Source: Candidatus Poribacteria bacterium | GTDB taxonomy: Bacteria; Poribacteria; WGA-4E; WGA-3G | Direction: 5' to 3' | Assembly: GCA_965242965.1 (NCBI GenBank) | Contig: OZ251518.1 | Coordinates: 4,704,001-4,768,000, forward strand | DNA length: 64,000 nucleotides | Part shown: in pieces, positions 59,435-64,000 of the stretch | Numbering within the stretch: position 1 is the first letter of the stretch | Layout of the letters: each line of letters begins with the position of its first letter | Notes under the pieces: model-generated | The model's database searches: none | The model's input: only the letters and a program-made list of their open reading frames with translations | Told to the model about the DNA's origin: nothing | Position numbers and translations under genes: made by a program

Positions 59435-60283
59435 ATGCTAACCCCCCGCGCCAAAATCCTCATGATGCTGATGAGCGGATGCCTCGTCATCTTGCTGGAC
59501 AGTCCAAGCGCGCTGCTGAGCTGTTTCCTTGCGAGTCTGACGCTTATCGCGCTCTCAAAACCGACGCTGCGCCAGATACGCCTCCTCGCTGTTTTCCTCT
59601 TTTTTACGACGTGGGGGTTAATTTACAGTCAGGCAATTTTCTACAATGCCTCGCCGCGCACGGTGTTTCTGACGCTCGTCCCCGCGGATTTCCCATTCAT
59701 CGGTGAAATGACAGGCGGCATCCGCGTCTATCGCGAAGGGCTCTTTCACGGCATCGTCCAATCCCTTCGCTTTAATACGACGCTCACCCTCGGCTGTTTC
59801 ATTATCTGGACGACGCAACCCCGCGACTTGCTCCGTGCTTTGGTGCAGTTGCGGGTGCCTGGCACACTCGCCTTCATGGTAACCACCGCGCTCCATTTTA
59901 TCCCCGTGATTGCAAACGAGGCGGCGACAGTCCTCCGTTCACAGCGATTGCGCGGATTTCGTTATTTACGGATGAACTTGTTCGCCACAGTGCGCGGTAT
60001 CCTTAACAGTTTTCGTCCGATTTTGGCAGGTAACATCCGCCATGCGACGCAACTCGGCGAATCGGTTGAGAGCCGCGGGTTTTCGCCGGATGCGGAACGT
60101 CACGCGCGTTTCCAAGATGCGTCTACAAAAATGCGGTTTTGGGACCTAGGTCTGCTTTCGGGCCTGGCAACCTGCGTCATCGGCATCGTCTGTCTGAAGG
60201 TGCTTTATTTCTGTTATGCGAATGGGCTCTATTACGCCTCGTGGCTGCGGCATGCATATACCTTCACGCGGGAAGTGTTGTAA
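59435..60283 (+). CDS. ECF transporter T component (CbiQ/EcfT)
   Basis: SQRLRG and ESRGF motifs; TM helices. Confidence 0.88.
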   Translation: MLTPRAKILMMLMSGCLVILLDSPSALLSCFLASLTLIALSKPTLRQIRLLAVFLFFTTWGLIYSQAIFYNASPRTVFLTLVPADFPFIGEMTGGIRVYREGLFHGIVQSLRFNTTLTLGCFIIWTTQPRDLLRALVQLRVPGTLAFMVTTALHFIPVIANEAATVLRSQRLRGFRYLRMNLFATVRGILNSFRPILAGNIRHATQLGESVESRGFSPDAERHARFQDASTKMRFWDLGLLSGLATCVIGIVCLKVLYFCYANGLYYASWLRHAYTFTREVL

Positions 60284-60323
60284 TCGCAAAGGCATGCGGC
60301 GTGGACAGAATAAATAAAAAAAG

Positions 60324-60352
60324 TTGACAAACGCGCGATTTTGTGGTATTAT
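60324..60352 (+). promoter_or_regulatory. rpsT promoter
   Basis: TTGACA, 17 bp, TATTAT with extended -10 and an A-rich upstream tract. Confidence 0.75.
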
Positions 60353-60539
60353 ATTATAGTAGTGACGCAGACGAACCTGGGTAGGAGAGACCTCCTGGTC
60401 TCGATGCCCTCATCATATTGTAGGAGTGACGCAGACGAACCTGGGTAGGCGCGTTTTGAAACCGCGTCTATCAGTGAGGGATTCTTGCATCTGCGTCCAG
60501 ACTGATTATATCAACCTAACTCAAAAAAGGAGTTTACCT

Positions 60540-60812
60540 GTGAATCGAAAATCAGCAATGAAGCACGCACGTGCGGATGAAACCAAACGTGTGAGAAACC
60601 GACACCGTAAATCGACGCTACGCACGCTGCTCCGGCAAACCGAGGATGCTCTTGACGCTGGCAACGTTGAGGCCGCACAGACATTATTCCGTTCTTCGGC
60701 GAGTCTACTGGACCGGGCGGCTGGCAAGGGTGTCATCAAAAAAGGCACGGCGAACCGCCAAAAGTCGCGTCTCAACCGCAAACTGAACGCGCTCATCGCG
60801 GCCGCGGCATAA
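60540..60812 (+). CDS. rpsT: 30S ribosomal protein S20
   Basis: NRKSAMKHAR...RNRHRKSTLRT...LDRAAGKGVIKKGTANRQKSRL; AAGGAG RBS before GTG 60540. Confidence 0.95.
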   Translation: MNRKSAMKHARADETKRVRNRHRKSTLRTLLRQTEDALDAGNVEAAQTLFRSSASLLDRAAGKGVIKKGTANRQKSRLNRKLNALIAAAA

Positions 60813-60828
60813 TCGGATAGGCGGATAA

Positions 60829-61196
60829 GCAGTAGGAGAGCCCCGGCAACCGTAGCGCGAGGGCCTGTCCCTCGCGTGCTGTCTCGATGCCCTCTTGCAG
60901 CAGGAGAGCCCCGCCAACCGTAGCGCGAGGGCCTGTCCCTCGCGTGCTGTCTCGATGTCCTCTTGCAGTAGGAGAGCCCCGCCAACCGTAGCGCGAGGGC
61001 CTGTCCCTCGCGTGCTGTCTCGATGTCCTCTTGCAGTAGGAGAGCCCCGCCAACCGTAGCGCGAGGGCCTGTCCCTCGCGTGCTGTCTCAATGCCCATGC
61101 AGTAGGAGAGCCCCGCCAACCGTAGCGCGAGGGCCTGTCCCTCGCGTGCTGTCTCAATGGCCTCTTGCAGTAGGCGAGACCTCGGGCCTCGATGCA
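60829..61196 (+). repeat. Tandem array of five 66-68-bp nested-REP units plus a terminal simple REP
   Basis: Units start at 60829, 60897, 60965, 61033 and 61099; simple REP at 61170-61195. Confidence 0.95.
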
Positions 61197-61298
61197 GGCG
61201 GTGGTATCGGGACAAGGATGTCCCGCCTACCGAAAACACATGTCGGGACAAGGATGTCCCGCCTACGGGAATCTTCATTAGATCCGCCGATAAATGCC

Positions 61299-62696
61299 AT
61301 GCCAAAACCTCACACGAACCTCCGCGAAATTGCACTAACTTGCCTGATGTCCATCTCGCAGACGCGAGCGTCGGTAGCCGCTGTCGTTGACAAGGCGTTC
61401 CGGAAACACGCGCTCAGCGGCCGCGAACGCCGATTCGTCAACGGGCTCGTTTACGGCGTTGTCCGATGGCAGAAGCATCTCGATTGGGTGCTGAACCACT
61501 ATATCAATCCGCGGTTTCAGTTGGACACGCGGCACCGCAACATTCTCCGCCTCGGCGCGTTTCAGTTGTTACACTTGGACGGTATCCCTGCGCACGCCGC
61601 GATTTTTGAGACTGTCCAACTCGCCAAAGGGACATCGGGACAGGGAGGCTCCGCCTACAAGCAGCGCGTCAGCAAAACAGCCGGGTTCATCAACGGCGTT
61701 TTGCGTTCTGTGCAGCGCAAGGCGCACAGGTTAACCTATCCGCGGCTTGGCGACAATCCTGTTGAACATATTTCCATCTCCCAGTCCTATCCGACATGGA
61801 TGGTGAAACGGTGGCTTGAGACGCGCGGGGTTTCGTGGACGCTGGAGTTCTGCCGAGCGAGCAATCAGGTTGCGCCGCTCTCCCTACGCGTCAATTCTCT
61901 CGTTACGCGACGCGAGGAACTTCGCGAATCGCTGGCGGCAAATGGCATCGCCACGCGCCTCTCCCAGGTTGCAACCGATGGGTTAATCCTTGATAACCTT
62001 GCGTCCTCAGCGAATGAGGACGCTTTAAAGGCGTTGCTCAATCGCGAAGACATCTATGTGCAAGACGAGAGCGCGATGCTCGTCGCGCCGCTCCTCGCAC
62101 CGGCAGAGATGCAACTCATCGTTGAAGTGTGTGCCGCACCGGGCGGCAAAACGACGCACCTCGCGCACCTGATGGGCAATGCGGGAAAAATTATCGCCGT
62201 AGATGTCTCCGACAAGCGACTCGCCGTGTTGCTAAAGAACTGCACCCGGGTCGGCGCGCTTAACGTTGAAACACTGGCACTTGATGCAACCCAGGCAGAC
62301 CTCGGGTTCATCGCCAACGCCGATGCAGTGCTGATTGATGTGCCGTGTTCGGGGTTTGGCACGCTGCGGCGGCACGCAGATATCCGATGGAACAGGACCG
62401 CCGAGCACCTCCGCATGCTCCGAGAAGTGCAATTGAATCTGCTGCGCAACGCCGCAATGCATCTGAAACGTGGCGGCGTGCTAGTATACAGCACTTGTAG
62501 TATTGAACCGCAGGAAAACGAGGATATCATCCATCGGTTTCTCGCAGAGTTCCCGATGTATACGGTAGAACACGCGCGGACATTCTTACCGCATCTCCCA
62601 CCAAACGCGCTAACGCCGGAAGGTTTCGTCCAGACGTTCCCGCATGAACATGGCGTTGATGGCGCGTTCGCCGCGCGCCTCCGCAAGAATGATTGA
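61299..62696 (+). CDS. rsmB: 16S rRNA m5C967 methyltransferase RsmB
   Basis: NusB-like N-terminus, VQDESA, CAAPGGKT, DVPCSGFG, YSTCS, DGAFAA. Confidence 0.95.
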   Translation: MPKPHTNLREIALTCLMSISQTRASVAAVVDKAFRKHALSGRERRFVNGLVYGVVRWQKHLDWVLNHYINPRFQLDTRHRNILRLGAFQLLHLDGIPAHAAIFETVQLAKGTSGQGGSAYKQRVSKTAGFINGVLRSVQRKAHRLTYPRLGDNPVEHISISQSYPTWMVKRWLETRGVSWTLEFCRASNQVAPLSLRVNSLVTRREELRESLAANGIATRLSQVATDGLILDNLASSANEDALKALLNREDIYVQDESAMLVAPLLAPAEMQLIVEVCAAPGGKTTHLAHLMGNAGKIIAVDVSDKRLAVLLKNCTRVGALNVETLALDATQADLGFIANADAVLIDVPCSGFGTLRRHADIRWNRTAEHLRMLREVQLNLLRNAAMHLKRGGVLVYSTCSIEPQENEDIIHRFLAEFPMYTVEHARTFLPHLPPNALTPEGFVQTFPHEHGVDGAFAARLRKND

Positions 62697-63288
62697 CTTC
62701 AATCTCTACGCTATCACCGACCGGCACCGCTGCGCGCCAACCGCGTTATTAGTCGTCATTTCGGAACTGCTAGACGCAGGCGTGCGAGCCATTCAATTGC
62801 GCGAAAAGGATTTAGACGCGCGCGCGTTGTCCCAATTGGCAAAACCGATAGCCGAACGGTGCCGACGTTACGATGCCGCTCTCTTCATCAACGGAAACGT
62901 CAAAGTTGCACAGGATGTTGGGGCGGCAGGGGTTCATCTGCCTGCGTCCGTAACAGCGCGCGTCAGCGAAACCTTACAAATCGGATGTTCCATCCACAAT
63001 TTTGACGAAGCGAAAAAACGGGAAGCAGAGGGTGCCGATTTCATCACCTACAGTCCCATCTACCGCACCGCCAGCAAACCGGGATATGGTCCCGCGGTCG
63101 GCGTAGCCAACCTTGCGCGGCTCGCAAAACAGATAACGGTTCCTATCTTCGCGCTTGGCGGCGTTACGCCAGAACGGGTTGCGGCGTGCATGGAGGCGGG
63201 TGCTGCTGGCATCGCTGTGATGTCAGGCGTGATGTCTCCCACCGGCGCGGGGGAACAAGCAAGACGGTATCTCAAGGCATTGCGTTAA
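62689..63288 (+). CDS. thiE: Thiamine-phosphate synthase (ThiE/TenI family)
   Basis: LYAITDR, IQLREKD, GVHL, PIYRTASKP, ALGGV. Confidence 0.8.
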   Translation: MIDFNLYAITDRHRCAPTALLVVISELLDAGVRAIQLREKDLDARALSQLAKPIAERCRRYDAALFINGNVKVAQDVGAAGVHLPASVTARVSETLQIGCSIHNFDEAKKREAEGADFITYSPIYRTASKPGYGPAVGVANLARLAKQITVPIFALGGVTPERVAACMEAGAAGIAVMSGVMSPTGAGEQARRYLKALR

Positions 63289-63344
63289 AACATTTTTTGC
63301 TTGCAAACTCGCGCGTTTTGTGGTATCCTATAATTACATGAAGA

Positions 63345-63795
63345 TGTTTCATATTTCGATGCGTTCGGTAGGAGAGCCCTCCGGGTCTTGATTTCTTCCC
63401 GTAGCGCGGGGGCCTGTCCCCCGCGAGCGTTGAATTCCGCGTGCACGCACGCTGGCGAGGGACAGGCCCTCGCCCTACGGTAACGCACGCCGTTTTTTCG
63501 GACGCATCGTTTTAGGTCCTACGGACCTGAAGAGAATAAGAGACGTTTTTCCCGTAGCGCGGACAATGGCGAGGGACAGGCCCTCGCCCTACGGTGAAGT
63601 GCCGTTTTTTTTCGTAGTGCGGGGGCCTGTCCCCCGCGATCGTTGGATTGCGCGGACGATGGCGAGGGGAACCCGCTCGCAGGCGCGTGTGGAAACCTGC
63701 AAGGGCCCACTACGATGAAGGGGGGCTTTCTGCCGCCGCGGCCCCGGTAGGCGCGCCGCCCTATTGCATCGAGACCCGGAGGTCTTTCCTACGGG
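63345..63795. repeat. Composite REP cassette between a promoter and the next gene
   Basis: About seven REPs; upstream TTGCAA-17-TATCCT at 63301-63329. Confidence 0.85.
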
Positions 63796-63887
63796 ACAGG
63801 TGATTCTCCGCAAGGCACATGGGAAATTACCCATAAGGGACGGGAGTCTCTGAAAATCCGATAACCCGTAATAGGGAGGGAAAATCC

Positions 63888-64000
63888 ATGGACATGATTT
63901 CACTCACGCATCAGGTGACACCACCCGAATTTTCCGAGTTGTCGCTCCCAGCGCGAAAATTAGGCTCCGAATTGCAACACCGAGTTGACGAAGTGAACAA
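63888..64000 (+). CDS. 5' fragment of an ORF running off the window
   Basis: GGAGG RBS; MDMISLTHQVTPPEF... open to the window edge. Confidence 0.5.
   Translation, partial: MDMISLTHQVTPPEFSELSLPARKLGSELQHRVDEVN

Noticed and set aside
60829-61196. CRISPR array (66-68-bp period)
   Set aside because: No unique spacers; whole units are duplicated
61023-61298. N-terminal ORF extensions (RsmB; also 5751, 6693, 10298, 16985, 34260, 38805, 60426 starts)
   Set aside because: They run through REP DNA upstream of better starts supported by an RBS or family homology

Overview
64 kb of bacterial chromosome. Gene content (DUF6785 membrane protein, PhyH dioxygenases, Gfo/Idh/MocA oxidoreductases, LRR and dockerin-like secreted proteins, beta-RFAP synthase, GTP-PEPCK) and very dense GTAG-type palindromic repeats suggest Candidatus Poribacteria or a similar sponge-associated lineage; this is inference, not a database result. 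About 48 coding regions are supported: housekeeping genes (sigma-70 factor, nfuA, pckG, rpsT, rsmB, thiE), transporters, two Omp85 proteins and two toxin-antitoxin-like loci. No rRNA, tRNA, CRISPR array, reverse transcriptase or transposase was recognised. Several REP families fill the intergenic space. They form 120-bp REPIN-like doublets, nested and tandem arrays, short duplications of flanking DNA and in-frame insertions in proteins. The most unusual locus is 41296-43037. Three tandem near-consensus sigma-70 promoters face a ~610-nt hairpin-dense non-coding leader, an orphan lower-GC 262-aa ORF and a structured trailer. Leader, ORF and trailer are complementary about one centre. This is a candidate highly expressed large structured RNA plus protein system, possibly a DNA copy of an RNA-replicon-like element. 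All pairings were found by eye and need computational testing.
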